DNA of 64,000 nucleotides from an uncultured cyanobacterium (GCA_963719515.1 CAVRCJ010000005.1:32001-96000), one strand, 5' to 3'. Numbered from the stretch's first letter, positions 52,290 to 63,565 are shown. A program made the numbers and translations. The notes: generated by a model not told the origin, from the sequence alone.

Positions 52290-53816
52290 CTATGCCCCTA
52301 CAGCCTCCTTCGCCGCATACAGCACTTCAGCCGTAATTTGCTCAATATTCCGCTCCCGCGCGAACTTCTCCGTGTTGCGCTTCACCTTACCGCGCACAAA
52401 CCCCGGAATCTTGTTCAGCTCCGCCAGGCCGTCCTTGCTCCAGCCCATATCCGAATCCGCCGACAGCGTCTTGGTGATGCTCTCTTTGGTGTCGTGGCCG
52501 CCGAAGATTTCCAGCAGGTGGTCCTCCATACCCAGGGTAAAGGAGTTGTACACCAGGTCCACCACCTGGTTGGCGCCCTCGTAGCCCAGGTAGGGGCGAT
52601 AGCCCACCGGGAAATCCTGAATGTGGATGGGGGCCGCAATCACGCCACAGGGGATGTTTAGGCGCTTGCCTACGTGGCGCTCCATCTGGGTGCCAAAGAT
52701 AGCGGAAGGCTCTAGGCGAGCGATCGCATCTCCAATTTCCCCGTTGTCCTCACTGATCAAGATATCGTCGCAGTATTCCGACACCTGCTCCCGGAACCAG
52801 TCGGCGTCGTACTTACAGTAGGTGCCCGCTAGCACCACGTGAATGCCCATCTCCCGCGCCAGGATTTTGGTCATGGCGGCGGCGTGGGTGTTGTCGCCAA
52901 ACACCACGGCCTTTTTGCCGGTGAGGTTTTGGCAGTCGATAGAGCGGGAGAACCAGGCCGCTTGGGAGACAAAGCGGGTCTGATCGTCAATAAAAGCTTC
53001 GTAGTCGACCTCAGCGCCCTGCTCATTGAGCACCTTTTGAATCATGCGAACGCAGCGGGCCGTCTCCACGATGCCCATGGGCGTGATGTCCACGGTGGGC
53101 ATGTCGAACTCGGTTTTGAGGAAGTTCGCTGTCATCATGCCCAGCTCCCGGTAGGGCACCAGGTTAAACCAGGCCCGAGGCAGATTCTTCAGCTCGTGCA
53201 CCGACGCCCCTTCGGGAATCACCGCATTCACCTCAATGCCCAGCTCGCCCATCAGCTTTTTCAGCTCGGTGCAGTCGTGGTTGTTGTGGAAGCCTAGGGT
53301 AGAGATGCCGATGATGTTGACTGAGGGCTTTTCGGTTTTCTCGGTGGCCATGTCCCCCGCCTTGCGAGCCTTGGCGACGTAGAACTCCACCATCTGCTGC
53401 AGGGTGCGGTCCGCCGCCTCTAGCTCGTTCACCCGGTAGTGGTTTACATCTGCCAGCAGCACGTCCGATTTAGACTCAAGCTGCGCCCGCTGCACAAAGT
53501 TTTCCAGGTCTTCCTGCAGGATGCTGGAGGTACAGGTGGGCGTGAGCACCACCATGTCAGGGCCAACTTCTTTGTCTTTGCGGATGATGTTGTCGACGAC
53601 TTTCTCTTGAGATCCTCGCGCCAGCACGTTGCGATCGACGACGCTAGTGGTCACCGGGGTGTAGTCGCGCTCGCGCTCTAGCATGGAGCGCATGACGTTG
53701 AAGTAGTCGTCCCCGATGGGGGCATGCATAATCGCGTGCACATTTTTGAACGAACTAGCGACACGCAGGGTTCCAATGTGCGCCGGTCCGGCGTACATCC
53801 AATAGGCTAATTTCAT
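52290..53816 (-). CDS. chlB: Light-independent protochlorophyllide reductase subunit B
   Basis: [27 protein letters not shown] and C-terminal PCP_red [14 protein letters not shown]. Confidence 0.98.
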   Translation of the reverse strand: MKLAYWMYAGPAHIGTLRVASSFKNVHAIMHAPIGDDYFNVMRSMLERERDYTPVTTSVVDRNVLARGSQEKVVDNIIRKDKEVGPDMVVLTPTCTSSILQEDLENFVQRAQLESKSDVLLADVNHYRVNELEAADRTLQQMVEFYVAKARKAGDMATEKTEKPSVNIIGISTLGFHNNHDCTELKKLMGELGIEVNAVIPEGASVHELKNLPRAWFNLVPYRELGMMTANFLKTEFDMPTVDITPMGIVETARCVRMIQKVLNEQGAEVDYEAFIDDQTRFVSQAAWFSRSIDCQNLTGKKAVVFGDNTHAAAMTKILAREMGIHVVLAGTYCKYDADWFREQVSEYCDDILISEDNGEIGDAIARLEPSAIFGTQMERHVGKRLNIPCGVIAAPIHIQDFPVGYRPYLGYEGANQVVDLVYNSFTLGMEDHLLEIFGGHDTKESITKTLSADSDMGWSKDGLAELNKIPGFVRGKVKRNTEKFARERNIEQITAEVLYAAKEAVGA

Positions 53817-54060
53817 GGGTTATTTCCTCGCAGTTGGATTGGGGTTAGGACTGACAATCGCAGGCGAGGGCAGTAGACACCCTGTTCAATTTTGTCAAAG
53901 ATGGTTCGGGGGTAACGGCGTTTGGTGGCCCTGTTTCATTAAGAATCGTCTCTTCTAAAATCTGGTGCGATCGCCTACAAGCGGCTTCCAGAAGGCGATC
54001 GCGCCCGGCAACGCCAGTGAATTTATCCTAAAAGCTGTAATTGTCCGTAACGTAGCGCAT

Positions 54061-54453
54061 CTAAGCTGTGGGCGAGTCGGCATCTGGGGGGTCTACCGTC
54101 TGAGCGTCCGTCGTTTGAGCATCTACATCTAAAGAGCTGATCTCCGGGGCAGCGTCTGGAGAAGCGTCATCTTGAAGTTCAGCGCCGGGCGCGGCCTTTA
54201 CCCGCCGAATGGGCAAGTTGGCGATCAGCGCCGTCACCCGCTGGTCATTTTCTAAAGAGAACTCGGACAGGCTGGAGTCGATCTCGACGTAGCGGGCGAC
54301 CACTTCCAAAATCTCCTGCCGCATCTTTTCCATGATGTCCGGTGAAAGGTCAGCGCGGTCGTGGGCAAGGACGAGCTGAAGCCTCCGCTTTGCCTCGCTG
54401 CGGCTAGTTTCGGGGGAGCGATTGAAAAGCTTATCGAGGAGATCGAGAATCAT
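54061..54453 (-). CDS. minE: Cell division topological specificity factor MinE
   Basis: [13 protein letters not shown] and ALIANLPI. Confidence 0.95.
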   Translation of the reverse strand: MILDLLDKLFNRSPETSRSEAKRRLQLVLAHDRADLSPDIMEKMRQEILEVVARYVEIDSSLSEFSLENDQRVTALIANLPIRRVKAAPGAELQDDASPDAAPEISSLDVDAQTTDAQTVDPPDADSPTA

Positions 54454-54493
54454 GGGCGGGGCTGAGGTAAGGGTCTGCTAAGAGGAGACAGGG

Positions 54494-55312
54494 CTATCGT
54501 CGGTAGTGATCGCTATCGCCGCGAAACAGTCGGCGGATGCGGGAGAAAATGTCGTCGTGGGCGGCAGTCAGGTCAAGGAAGGGAACCTTTTTGCCGTTGA
54601 GCCGCTGCGCAATGTTCCTAAACGCAATCCCCGCTAGGGAGATGTTCTCGGAGAGCACCAGCGGCTCCCCTTTGTTCGTAGAGACAATCACCCGCTCATC
54701 ATCGGGAATCACCCCCAGCAGCGGAACGGCCAAAATATCCTGCACGTCCTGCACAGACATCATTCGGTCGGCCTGCACCATCTCCGCTCGCAGCCGATTG
54801 ACGATTAGGCGAATCGCCTTGATGCCGCTTGCCTCCAGCAGCCCAATCACGCGGTCGGCGTCGCGGACGGCGGCAACCTCCGGAGTGGTGACGATAATCG
54901 CCTCACGGGCTCCCACAACCGCGTTTTGAAACCCCATCTCAATGCCGGCAGGGCAGTCAATGAGCACAAAGTGATGCTGAGCCGCCACGTCTTTCACGAG
55001 CTTCGCCATTTGCTCCGTAGTCACCGCGTCCTTGGTGCGGTTCTGGGCAGCGGGCATCAGCGCTAGCTTGGGCTGCCGTTTGTCTTTTACTAGGGCCTGG
55101 TCAAGACGACAGTCGCCCGAAATCACTTCCATGGCGGTGTAAACGATGCGATTTTCGAGCCCCAGCAGCAAATCGAGGTTGCGCAACCCAAAATCGGCGT
55201 CTATTAAGGCCACCGAATGCCCCAGCTGAGCCAGCGCCATGCCCAGGTTGGCGGTACAGGTGGTTTTTCCAACGCCCCCTTTACCAGAGGTAACAACGAT
55301 GATGCGGCTCAT
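54494..55312 (-). CDS. minD: Septum site-determining ATPase MinD
   Basis: SGKGGVGKTT, GLRNLDLLLGLENR and DCPAGIE. Confidence 0.98.
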   Translation of the reverse strand: MSRIIVVTSGKGGVGKTTCTANLGMALAQLGHSVALIDADFGLRNLDLLLGLENRIVYTAMEVISGDCRLDQALVKDKRQPKLALMPAAQNRTKDAVTTEQMAKLVKDVAAQHHFVLIDCPAGIEMGFQNAVVGAREAIIVTTPEVAAVRDADRVIGLLEASGIKAIRLIVNRLRAEMVQADRMMSVQDVQDILAVPLLGVIPDDERVIVSTNKGEPLVLSENISLAGIAFRNIAQRLNGKKVPFLDLTAAHDDIFSRIRRLFRGDSDHYRR

Positions 55313-55417
55313 GATTCTATGGGATCCAGTGGAGGATTTAATGGGACGGATGAATTTATCAGCAATAGGCTAGATGAGGTCAAGATTACCAACAAATGCG
55401 GCAGCGTAGGAAACCCT

Positions 55418-56197
55418 CTAGACAGAAGGACGACGCGCGCGGGCAAACTCTTGAGCGTGGACAATGCGGATGCCTTCAGGGGTAGCGTAAGCGACTTCGG
55501 GATGGTATTCAGCCGGAGGGGTCTCGGGCGATCGCGCAACGGCTCCGGCAATGCGGAGCTGAGTGGGCTCCATGCGCAGCGCCATAATGCGGCAGTCCTG
55601 GTTTCCGGCCGCCCCAGCCTGGGCCACGCCGCGTAGGGTGCCCCAAATAATCACGTCCCCGTCCGCCACCACGGCCCCGCCGGGATTGACGTCTCCCAAC
55701 ACGATCACAGAGCCAGAATGGCGAACCTCTACCCCGGAGCGCACCGTTGCCTCCACATACAGAGAGTCCACGGGAGAGGAAACCCGCTCTTTTTTTCCCT
55801 GGGACAGGTGCGCCACCGGCTCGTGCTGCTCTACCGAATAGCCCGCCGTTGCCGCCGCCACTGCGGTCTGCCGCCGACTCGTATAGACGCGCTTCAGGAG
55901 TAGGTCTAAATCGGCTAAGCTGCCGGCGATACTCTGGAGCTGCCGGGTATCCAGCAGGCGATCGCCTGCGACGAGGTGGACGAAGGTATTGGCTTCCCAA
56001 AAGCGATCGCCCGCCGTGAGCCGCTGCTGGAGCTGCCGCCAGATGTCGTTCCAGTCGGAGAGCCCATTGTCTTCCGGGGGAGGGGGCAGCAATAGCAGCA
56101 GTCGCCCGTCTTTTTCCTTAAAGCGGACCTGAGGGCCGCTCGGCGAATCCTGGGGGGGGGAAATCGTTGAAACGTTGGGGGAGGGGTCAGACGTCAT
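55418..56197 (-). CDS. minC: Septum site-determining protein MinC
   Basis: TVRSG, GDVNPGG, WGTLRGVAQAG and PTQLRIA. Confidence 0.95.
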   Translation of the reverse strand: MTSDPSPNVSTISPPQDSPSGPQVRFKEKDGRLLLLLPPPPEDNGLSDWNDIWRQLQQRLTAGDRFWEANTFVHLVAGDRLLDTRQLQSIAGSLADLDLLLKRVYTSRRQTAVAAATAGYSVEQHEPVAHLSQGKKERVSSPVDSLYVEATVRSGVEVRHSGSVIVLGDVNPGGAVVADGDVIIWGTLRGVAQAGAAGNQDCRIMALRMEPTQLRIAGAVARSPETPPAEYHPEVAYATPEGIRIVHAQEFARARRPSV

Positions 56198-56622
56198 TCT
56201 GGCTTATGTGAAATGGCTCAGGGCTAGGGTCAAGGCTGGGGAGCCAGTTGGGTAGACGCAGTAGTCAGCCGTTGCGCAGGCGATTACAAGACTAATCGGC
56301 CAAATTGTGATACTACAAATCGGCTATCTCTCGTAAATCCTACTGCAAATTAAGATTGGCGACCAGCCGCCGTGCCTGACGTCTTTCCCCAAAGGCGATC
56401 GCCTTTAGAAAAAGCAGCGGCGATCGCCGCTAGACCTAAGCAACCGGGAGATTTTATCAGAACTCTTGAAGCGGTAGGTGTAGTTTCCAAAAGGGAAAAG
56501 CACAACTGCATGAAATTACTTAAGCCCTTCGAAATTTGCGCGGATGGTGTTCCGCAGCATTCGTAAGTAGCAGCAGACCTATCTGGTAATGCAGACAAGG
56601 GCCGGCCTCCGGTATCTGAGCT

Positions 56623-57285
56623 ATGCACAGATGCTCTGCGAGCAGTAACGATCTCCCCCAGTACTTACTCCTTAACCCTATGTCCACCCGCGCAATGGTG
56701 TTGGCCGTCTCCGTGACCGCAATGCTCACCTCCGTCAAGGTTGCCGTATCTCCAGCTGTGCCCTTTGAGGAGCAGCGGCTCCCTTTGCCCAAGCAGCTTC
56801 CGCTTCTGAGCTGGCAGCAGATTAAAAGCGATCTCACCGATCAGACGGGGGAGTACCGCTATCGACGCGGGGGCGATCGGCTCAACGTTGAAGTCGCACT
56901 CCACAAAGGCGGCAATCTATTGGAGCAGACGAGCGATCGCTGGGAGGTCCCTCAGCAAGAGGTCAGCATCCGCAAAACTTCAGAAATTGGAGCGTATGCG
57001 GTCTTTGCCGATGAGAAGTCAGCCTATCTCACCGCCTGCATTCCCCCCAGCGGCTCGACCACAGTCACCGCCTCTCAGTTTGAGGTCAACCGCCTTCAGC
57101 AGGCCGTACTGCAGCGATCGCTCACGCGCCTTTTAGACTACACCTCAGTGACCAACTCCCGCTGTCTTTGGGTCACCCTGTCTACCCCCCTAGGCGACCA
57201 TTCGTCGCAGCTGTCCTTCCGGACCCTGCAGTCAGCTTGGTTCGAGCTCAATCTACAGTGGCAGCCTACGTTTCCTGAAGAGTAG
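56623..57285 (+). CDS. Cyanoexosortase A system-associated protein-like
   Basis: N-terminal TM helix, AYLTACIPPSGSTTVT..QF, RCLWVTLSTP and LQSAW. Confidence 0.65.
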   Translation: MHRCSASSNDLPQYLLLNPMSTRAMVLAVSVTAMLTSVKVAVSPAVPFEEQRLPLPKQLPLLSWQQIKSDLTDQTGEYRYRRGGDRLNVEVALHKGGNLLEQTSDRWEVPQQEVSIRKTSEIGAYAVFADEKSAYLTACIPPSGSTTVTASQFEVNRLQQAVLQRSLTRLLDYTSVTNSRCLWVTLSTPLGDHSSQLSFRTLQSAWFELNLQWQPTFPEE

Positions 57286-57467
57286 TCCCTAGTAGCGTCT
57301 CGGCTAACTTCGCTGGCCGAAAAAGCAGGTTGATTTGAGCCGCCGATAGCTGAGCTAACCAGCTCAGCTAATTATCAGACGCAGTCAGTACAATAGGGCT
57401 CTATCGTTATGGAGCAAGGTAGTACCGCACCACAAAACCGGTTAACTATCACCTAAGGACAACACCG

Positions 57468-59141
57468 ATGGTCAATTCTGAGCCGCACCCCTGGTGGGAA
57501 ACTGGAGTAATTTACCAGATTTACCCCCTCACTTTTGCCGACGGGAACGGCGATGGGGTGGGCGACCTGCAGGGCATCATCGAGCGGCTCGACTACTTCA
57601 ACGATGGCAACCCGGAGAGTCAAGCTTCCCTGGGCATCGACGCCATTTGGCTCTCCCCCATCAACAATTCCCCCATGGTGGATAACGGCTATGACGTCAG
57701 CAACTACTGCGACATTAACCCCATGTTTGGCTCCCTGGGGGAGTTTGACGCTCTGATCTCCGCCGCCCACCAGCGGGGCATCAAGATAATCATGGACTTG
57801 GTGGTGAACCACACCTCCGATGAGCACCCCTGGTTCCTGGAGTCAAAATCGAGCCGCGACAACCCCAAAGCCGATTGGTATCTGTGGCAAGAGACCGCCG
57901 AGGGGCAGTGGTTTCCCAACAACTGGCTGTCTTACTTTGGCGATACGGGCTGGACCCATGTCCCCGAACGGGGCCAGTTCTACTTCCACACCTTTAACGA
58001 AAACCAGGCCGACCTTAACTGGCAAAACCAGGAGGTGAGGGCTGCGGTCTACGACATCGTGCGCTTCTGGCTCGATCGCGGTGTGGATGGGTTTCGCCTC
58101 GACGCCTCTAGCGCCTACAGCAAAGACCCCTATTTCCGCGACAACCCCCTCAAGTATGGGGCAACTAACACCGCTTCTTACAACAACTACCACCACCTCT
58201 ACGACAAAAACCTGCCCGAAAATCACCACATCATTGCCGAGATTCGCGCCATCTTAGACGAGTACGGCGACCGGGTGCTCATTGGGGAAACCTTTATCGA
58301 TAACCGGCTATTTGACTCCATCGTTTTCCACGGTAAGGAGAATGACGAGCTGCACCTGCCCCTCAATTTCGAATTTCCCTTCAGTCCCTGGTATCCGGGT
58401 TACCTGCAGCGTCAGGTGCAAAAGACGGAGAGGTTGACGCCACCCGGAGCCTGGCCCGTCTACTTCCTCGATAACCACGACATCCCCCGTCACCTCTCCC
58501 GCTGGATTGAATGCAGCCTTTGCGTCGATTCGGAGGCGATCGCCAAGGCTGCGGCAACTCTGCTCCTCACGGTGCGGGGCACGCCCATTCTCTACTACGG
58601 CCAAGAGCTAGGAATGGTGGATAAAGAAGACATTCCCCCCGAGAAGCTGCAGGACAACGTCATCAAAATCAGCGAAACCGAGGATGTGCCCCCGCCGCGA
58701 GACGGGGCTCGCACCCCTATGCAATGGGACAGCTCGCCTCGGGCAGGCTTTAGCTTTGGCAAAGACGTGGAGCCCTGGCTGCCGGTGCATGAGAACTACA
58801 CCGAGCTAAATGTCAAAGCGGCTAAGGGCAACCCCGACTCTATCCTCAACTTCTACCGCCACCTGATCCACGTGCGCCGACAGAGCGAGGCGCTGCAGTA
58901 CGGCAGCTGGCGATCGCTGCTCGACTTCCCCCACGAGCATCTGGCCTATATGAGGGAAACTGAGTTAGAGCAAGTGCTGGTGTTGATCAACTTTACTTAC
59001 GAGCAGCCCCTGGGCTTAGACGTACCGATTGACTGCTCTAGCTGGCAGGTGCTGCTGTCTACGGACTATGAAACCGGCAAGCAAATCAATGTAGCAGAGA
59101 CGCTGAAGCCATTTGAGGTCTCTATTTTGAAGAAGGGGTAG
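57468..59141 (+). CDS. GH13 alpha-glucosidase / oligo-1,6-glucosidase
   Basis: YQIYP, DNGYDVSNY, DLVVNHTSDEHPWF, GFRLDA, NHD and RDGARTPMQW. Confidence 0.95.
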   Translation: MVNSEPHPWWETGVIYQIYPLTFADGNGDGVGDLQGIIERLDYFNDGNPESQASLGIDAIWLSPINNSPMVDNGYDVSNYCDINPMFGSLGEFDALISAAHQRGIKIIMDLVVNHTSDEHPWFLESKSSRDNPKADWYLWQETAEGQWFPNNWLSYFGDTGWTHVPERGQFYFHTFNENQADLNWQNQEVRAAVYDIVRFWLDRGVDGFRLDASSAYSKDPYFRDNPLKYGATNTASYNNYHHLYDKNLPENHHIIAEIRAILDEYGDRVLIGETFIDNRLFDSIVFHGKENDELHLPLNFEFPFSPWYPGYLQRQVQKTERLTPPGAWPVYFLDNHDIPRHLSRWIECSLCVDSEAIAKAAATLLLTVRGTPILYYGQELGMVDKEDIPPEKLQDNVIKISETEDVPPPRDGARTPMQWDSSPRAGFSFGKDVEPWLPVHENYTELNVKAAKGNPDSILNFYRHLIHVRRQSEALQYGSWRSLLDFPHEHLAYMRETELEQVLVLINFTYEQPLGLDVPIDCSSWQVLLSTDYETGKQINVAETLKPFEVSILKKG

Positions 59142-59333
59142 GCCTGGCATCGCCGCTGTGGCGCAGTCAAAAGCCGCAACCCAACGCCACAACTCAACGC
59201 CGCAGCCGAACTTCGACGGCTTTTCAGCTGCGCGTTCACCTGCGTATCTTTATAATTATTTCATCCTAGTTTATTGTTTCACGTGAGGCGAATGCTATTG
59301 AATGGGAGGAAGCAATATTCAGTCCGTTGAGAT

Positions 59334-60065
59334 ATGGAAGTCGCTATTGGTGTTGCCGGGCTTTGGGTACTGTGGCTTGTCAGCCCTAAACGATGGAGAC
59401 GCCGGCTTGTCGGGCCGCTCATCATCGTGGCCGCTGGCCTAATTGTGTTGAGCTCCTCCTGGTTTGTAGACCTGCTGACTTGGGGATTGACCTGGCCATT
59501 GCCCAATGACTCGGGCGATCGCGTCGATGCCATTGTGGTCTTGGGCCGAGGTGAATCGCTTCGGGACGAGCGGCTTGCCAAAGTGTGGCAGCTGTGGCGC
59601 GAAGAGCGCGCTTCGAATATCTTTGCGAGCGGCATGCTGGACGCAAAGTTTATCACTCGGCGCTTAGAAAAGAGCGGGGTGCCGGTGCTGTCTTTGGGGG
59701 GAGAAGAATGCTCCCAAACTACGGAAGAGAACGCGCTGTTTACGTCGGCGCTTCTACGCTCACGGGGGATAGACGACATCCTGCTGGTCACCGACTCGCC
59801 CCACATGCTGCGGGCATTTCTCACGTTTCGCAGCATGTCGTTTGAGGTCACCCCCCATCCTGTTTCGCTGCAGCCTCAGCAGATGGGCAAAATCAGTCGC
59901 TTGAGGACCGTCCTGAGAGAATATGTGGCCCTGCTTCACCATGCGATAACGGGCAAGTTTAAGGCGCGATCGCCTCAGGCGTTGGACAATCCGTCTGCGG
60001 AAATCACGCACAAGATCGACGACTGGAACTGCAAAGTTCCCAAAGCCCCCAAAGCTCAGCAGTGA
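59334..60065 (+). CDS. YdcF / DUF218 (ElyC-like) protein
   Basis: DAIVVLG, SQTTEENA and LLVTDSPHMLRA. Confidence 0.9.
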   Translation: MEVAIGVAGLWVLWLVSPKRWRRRLVGPLIIVAAGLIVLSSSWFVDLLTWGLTWPLPNDSGDRVDAIVVLGRGESLRDERLAKVWQLWREERASNIFASGMLDAKFITRRLEKSGVPVLSLGGEECSQTTEENALFTSALLRSRGIDDILLVTDSPHMLRAFLTFRSMSFEVTPHPVSLQPQQMGKISRLRTVLREYVALLHHAITGKFKARSPQALDNPSAEITHKIDDWNCKVPKAPKAQQ

Positions 60066-60117
60066 GGTATTCGCCTTATCATGGTACGGACTAGAACATA
60101 TAGCGCGTTCTCGCCCC

Positions 60118-60567
60118 ATGTCTATTCCCTATTCCACGCAGGCGGCGGCCCGCGAGCCTTTCCTCGCTACGATACGAGAGCTTGCTAGGGCGTATCAGGC
60201 TTTTTCGACCTACTCGGAAAGATTTGTGCGGCAGTACGATTTGACGCCGGCTCAGTTTGACGTCGTCGCCACCCTGGGGAATACCAGCGGTCTTAGCATG
60301 GGTGACCTGGGCGAGAAGACGTTGATTACTAAGGGGACCTTGACGGGGATTGTTGACCGTCTAGAGAAAAAGGGGTTGGTCCAGCGCCAAGTGCCGCCAG
60401 AGAATCGCCGCAGCGTGATTGTTGATCTCACTCTAGAGGGGAAAACGCTGTTCGAGCAGGTTTTTCCCGCCCACATTGCGGACATGAGGCAGCATCTTGA
60501 GGCCATTGATCCTTCAGAGCTAGAGCTGCTGCGGGTACTGCTCAGTCGTCTGCAGCAGGTGTTCTAG
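60118..60567 (+). CDS. MarR-family transcriptional regulator
   Basis: LTPAQFDV, TKGTLTGIVDRLEKKGLV and RRSVIVDLT. Confidence 0.93.
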   Translation: MSIPYSTQAAAREPFLATIRELARAYQAFSTYSERFVRQYDLTPAQFDVVATLGNTSGLSMGDLGEKTLITKGTLTGIVDRLEKKGLVQRQVPPENRRSVIVDLTLEGKTLFEQVFPAHIADMRQHLEAIDPSELELLRVLLSRLQQVF

Positions 60568-60836
60568 AGCGCGGCTGGGAAACCGCTGTCGTTTTCATCA
60601 GGGCAGTGATAGTATTAGCTCAAATAGTTCTAGTAAAAACTGTTTTACGCGGTGCTCTTAAGGCTGCTTTGCAAACGCGGCTGAGCGGGATTTTTGTTGG
60701 CTACGGTCTACAGAAAAGATAGAATCGGGCTCAATAGCAATCGGCAAGGCTCTAGCTACGGCCTTCCGACGCCGACTAGAAGGTTCCCAGCGCCAAGCTA
60801 AAGATACTAATTAGAACAAACTGCGCTTTTGAAGTC

Positions 60837-61607
60837 ATGCCCCAGCTTCCTGCCCTTTTCATTTCTCACGGTGCCCCCGATTTGCCCATTCGCGCTGGGG
60901 CGACTCAGGACTTTCGACGGCGCTTGCCTGAAGCGATCCCTTATCCTCAAGCCATCCTTGTGGTGTCGGCCCACTGGTCCACCGCCCAGCCAACCCTCGG
61001 CGGAGCCATTCGTCCCCAAACGATTCACGATTTTGGCGGCTTTCCTAAAGCCCTCTATCAGCTCCACTACCCTGTTCTAGGTGCCCCAGACCTGGCCGAA
61101 GACGCTGCTAAGCTCCTAACGCAGGCCGGTTTTTCGCCCCAGGTGCATCCGACGCGAGGTCTAGATCACGGCGCTTGGACTCCTCTCTTGGTGGCTTACC
61201 CGGAAGCCGCTATTCCGATTGTCCAGCTCTCGATCCAGGCCCATCAGCCACCCGCCTATCACCACCGCATAGGCCAGGCGCTAGCACCGCTGCGAGATAA
61301 AGGGGTGCTGATTGTGGGCAGCGGTGCCGCGACCCACAATTTAGGAGCATTTGTCCCAGACTACAGTGCGCCGCCGCCGGACTGGGTCGCGGCGTTTGAC
61401 CAGTGGCTGGCAGCGGCGATCGCCCAAAATGCGCCCCACCAGCTGCTGAACTACCGGGCGATCGCACCCTATGCAGTCCGAAACCACCCTACCGACGAAC
61501 ACCTGCTGCCGCTATTCGTCGCCCTTGGCGCAGGGGGCAGAGGGCGAAAAATCCACCATGGATTCACCTATGGGGCTTTTAGCATGGCGGCCTACGCCTT
61601 CGACTAA
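60837..61607 (+). CDS. DODA-type extradiol dioxygenase (LigB/YgiD family)
   Basis: FISHGAP, VSAHW, HDFGGFP, RGLDHGAW, SGAATHNL and HPTDEH. Confidence 0.93.
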   Translation: MPQLPALFISHGAPDLPIRAGATQDFRRRLPEAIPYPQAILVVSAHWSTAQPTLGGAIRPQTIHDFGGFPKALYQLHYPVLGAPDLAEDAAKLLTQAGFSPQVHPTRGLDHGAWTPLLVAYPEAAIPIVQLSIQAHQPPAYHHRIGQALAPLRDKGVLIVGSGAATHNLGAFVPDYSAPPPDWVAAFDQWLAAAIAQNAPHQLLNYRAIAPYAVRNHPTDEHLLPLFVALGAGGRGRKIHHGFTYGAFSMAAYAFD

Positions 61608-61724
61608 TCCCTCCCTCCGTACGGGCAAGCGGCCGCTTGCCCCAACCCCTCTCGTACGGGCACAGCATGCCTCTGCCCCAACCCCAACCTAATCCCATCT
61701 CACCCCCATCAGAGAAATATCACC

Positions 61725-62720
61725 ATGGCGCTAGGACAACTCATCAACGGCAAATGGATCACCCAATGGACCGAACGCGACGAATCCGGGCAGTTCAACC
61801 GCATGCCCACCGATTTCCGCCAGCGGATCACCGCCGATGGCTCCAGCGGCTTCAAAACCGAACCCCATCGCTACCACCTCTACGTCTCCCTAGGCTGCCC
61901 CTGGGCCCACCGCACCGTGCTGCTGCGATCGCTTAAAGGCCTGCAGGACGCGATTAGCCTGTCGGTCGTGGACCCGGTCGTCAGCGAGCAGGGCTGGCGG
62001 TTTTCTGAGCGGGAAGGCTGCACTGCCGACAGCCTCTATCACGCTGACTATCTGTGGCAGATTTACGTGCGGGCCAGCTCCAGCTACACCGGGCGCGTGA
62101 CGGTGCCTGTGCTGTGGGACAAGCAAACCCAGACCATCGTCAACAACGAATCTCGGCAGATTATTCAGATGCTCAACGGCGAGTTCAACGCCTTTGCCGT
62201 CCACCCCGAGCGGGACTTTTACCCCAAGGAAGCGCGATCGCAAATCGACGGCGTCATGGATGCGATTTACCAGCCCATCAACAACGGCGTCTATCGCAGC
62301 GGCTTCGCTGCCTCACAAAGCGCTTATCAGGGGGCAGTGACGGAGCTATTTGAAGCCCTGGACCATTGGGAAGAGGTTTTGGGCCAGCGGCGCTACCTGT
62401 GCGGCAACCAGATTACCCTGGCGGACTGGTGCCTGTTCACGACGCTGTTTCGCTTCGACCTAGCCTACCACGGGCTGTTTAAGTGCAATCTCAGGCGGCT
62501 CGTGGACTACTCCAACCTCTGGGGCTACTGCCGAGATCTCTACCAGCAGCCGGGGGTAGGAGAGTGGTGCAGCATTGAGCACGTGAAGCAGCTTTACTAC
62601 GCCGGACTGCCCGAGCTGAACCCCAGCGGTATTATGCCTGAGGGGCCAGCAATTGACTACAGCCAGCCTCACAGCCGCGCCGCTCTTGTGGATGAACTGG
62701 CGATCGCCCCAATTTTGTAG
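61725..62720 (+). CDS. Glutathionyl-hydroquinone reductase (YqjG / GST-omega-like)
   Basis: GCPWAHR, TVPVLWD, IVNNES and NNGVYRSGFA. Confidence 0.93.
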   Translation: MALGQLINGKWITQWTERDESGQFNRMPTDFRQRITADGSSGFKTEPHRYHLYVSLGCPWAHRTVLLRSLKGLQDAISLSVVDPVVSEQGWRFSEREGCTADSLYHADYLWQIYVRASSSYTGRVTVPVLWDKQTQTIVNNESRQIIQMLNGEFNAFAVHPERDFYPKEARSQIDGVMDAIYQPINNGVYRSGFAASQSAYQGAVTELFEALDHWEEVLGQRRYLCGNQITLADWCLFTTLFRFDLAYHGLFKCNLRRLVDYSNLWGYCRDLYQQPGVGEWCSIEHVKQLYYAGLPELNPSGIMPEGPAIDYSQPHSRAALVDELAIAPIL

Positions 62721-62797
62721 CCTGTTTCCCAAAAACCGCCCCATCCTGTGAGACAATATCGAACTTTAACCGCAAATTTTGCAGTTTGGAGGTTGTG

Positions 62798-63547
62798 ATG
62801 CAGACTGTTCCGACCGTCACCGACATCTTTGACTTTGCTAAGCAGATTGGCGTTCCCTTACCTAACTGGCTTCGCAATACCGAAGACTGGTCCACCGTGC
62901 TGCACGAGCTGGCCCACTGGGCCGTTAAGCCCCACGGCTACGTGCGTCAATACGTGGAAATGCTCAAGCCCTACGGCGACGCCATGCCCCTCAGCTCCAC
63001 CCCCTGCGCCGAGATGGTCCTGCGCTGGAAAGCCCCGCCCCTAGTGCGCTGGCCCGACGGGCAGCAGGCCTACCTGCGCCACGACCACATCTGTAACCAT
63101 CTACTCGACCCCACCCCCAACGAGTTTGGGGCTAGGGCCTGGGGGATACAGGTCCTCAGTAAGCTGGGCTGGCGGCACCCTATGGACTGCCCAGAGCTAA
63201 TGGACGAGATGCGGCTCAAGTTTGGTATGGCTCAGTTTGACTCCAACGAGCTTTTCGGGGCTGCTGAACCCTACAACGAGCCCCACCCCATCAGCGCTTA
63301 TGGCCCAGACCAGCTCGCATTTATGGGCATCGACGTCGCCAACGGCGTCTTTAGGCCCCAGGTGGAGCTAGACTTCGACGGCCAGTGGCTGCGGGTGCGC
63401 CGCGAGGAGACGGTGATTTGGGAGCACGATGTCTTCGCGGGGCTAGCGCTGCTGGGCTGGGGGGAGCCGGAGCCAGAGCTGACGGACTGCGAGCCGATTT
63501 TGCTGGAGGATCTGTTGGCGATTGCCCAGCAGGCCTCGCAGGCGTAA
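62798..63547 (+). CDS. Hypothetical protein with HExxH zincin-like motif
   Basis: GGAGG RBS before ATG 62798; VLHELAHW and a downstream NEFGARAW Glu. Confidence 0.6.
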   Translation: MQTVPTVTDIFDFAKQIGVPLPNWLRNTEDWSTVLHELAHWAVKPHGYVRQYVEMLKPYGDAMPLSSTPCAEMVLRWKAPPLVRWPDGQQAYLRHDHICNHLLDPTPNEFGARAWGIQVLSKLGWRHPMDCPELMDEMRLKFGMAQFDSNELFGAAEPYNEPHPISAYGPDQLAFMGIDVANGVFRPQVELDFDGQWLRVRREETVIWEHDVFAGLALLGWGEPEPELTDCEPILLEDLLAIAQQASQA

Positions 63548-63565
63548 GCGCAAGGCCCATCCGCA

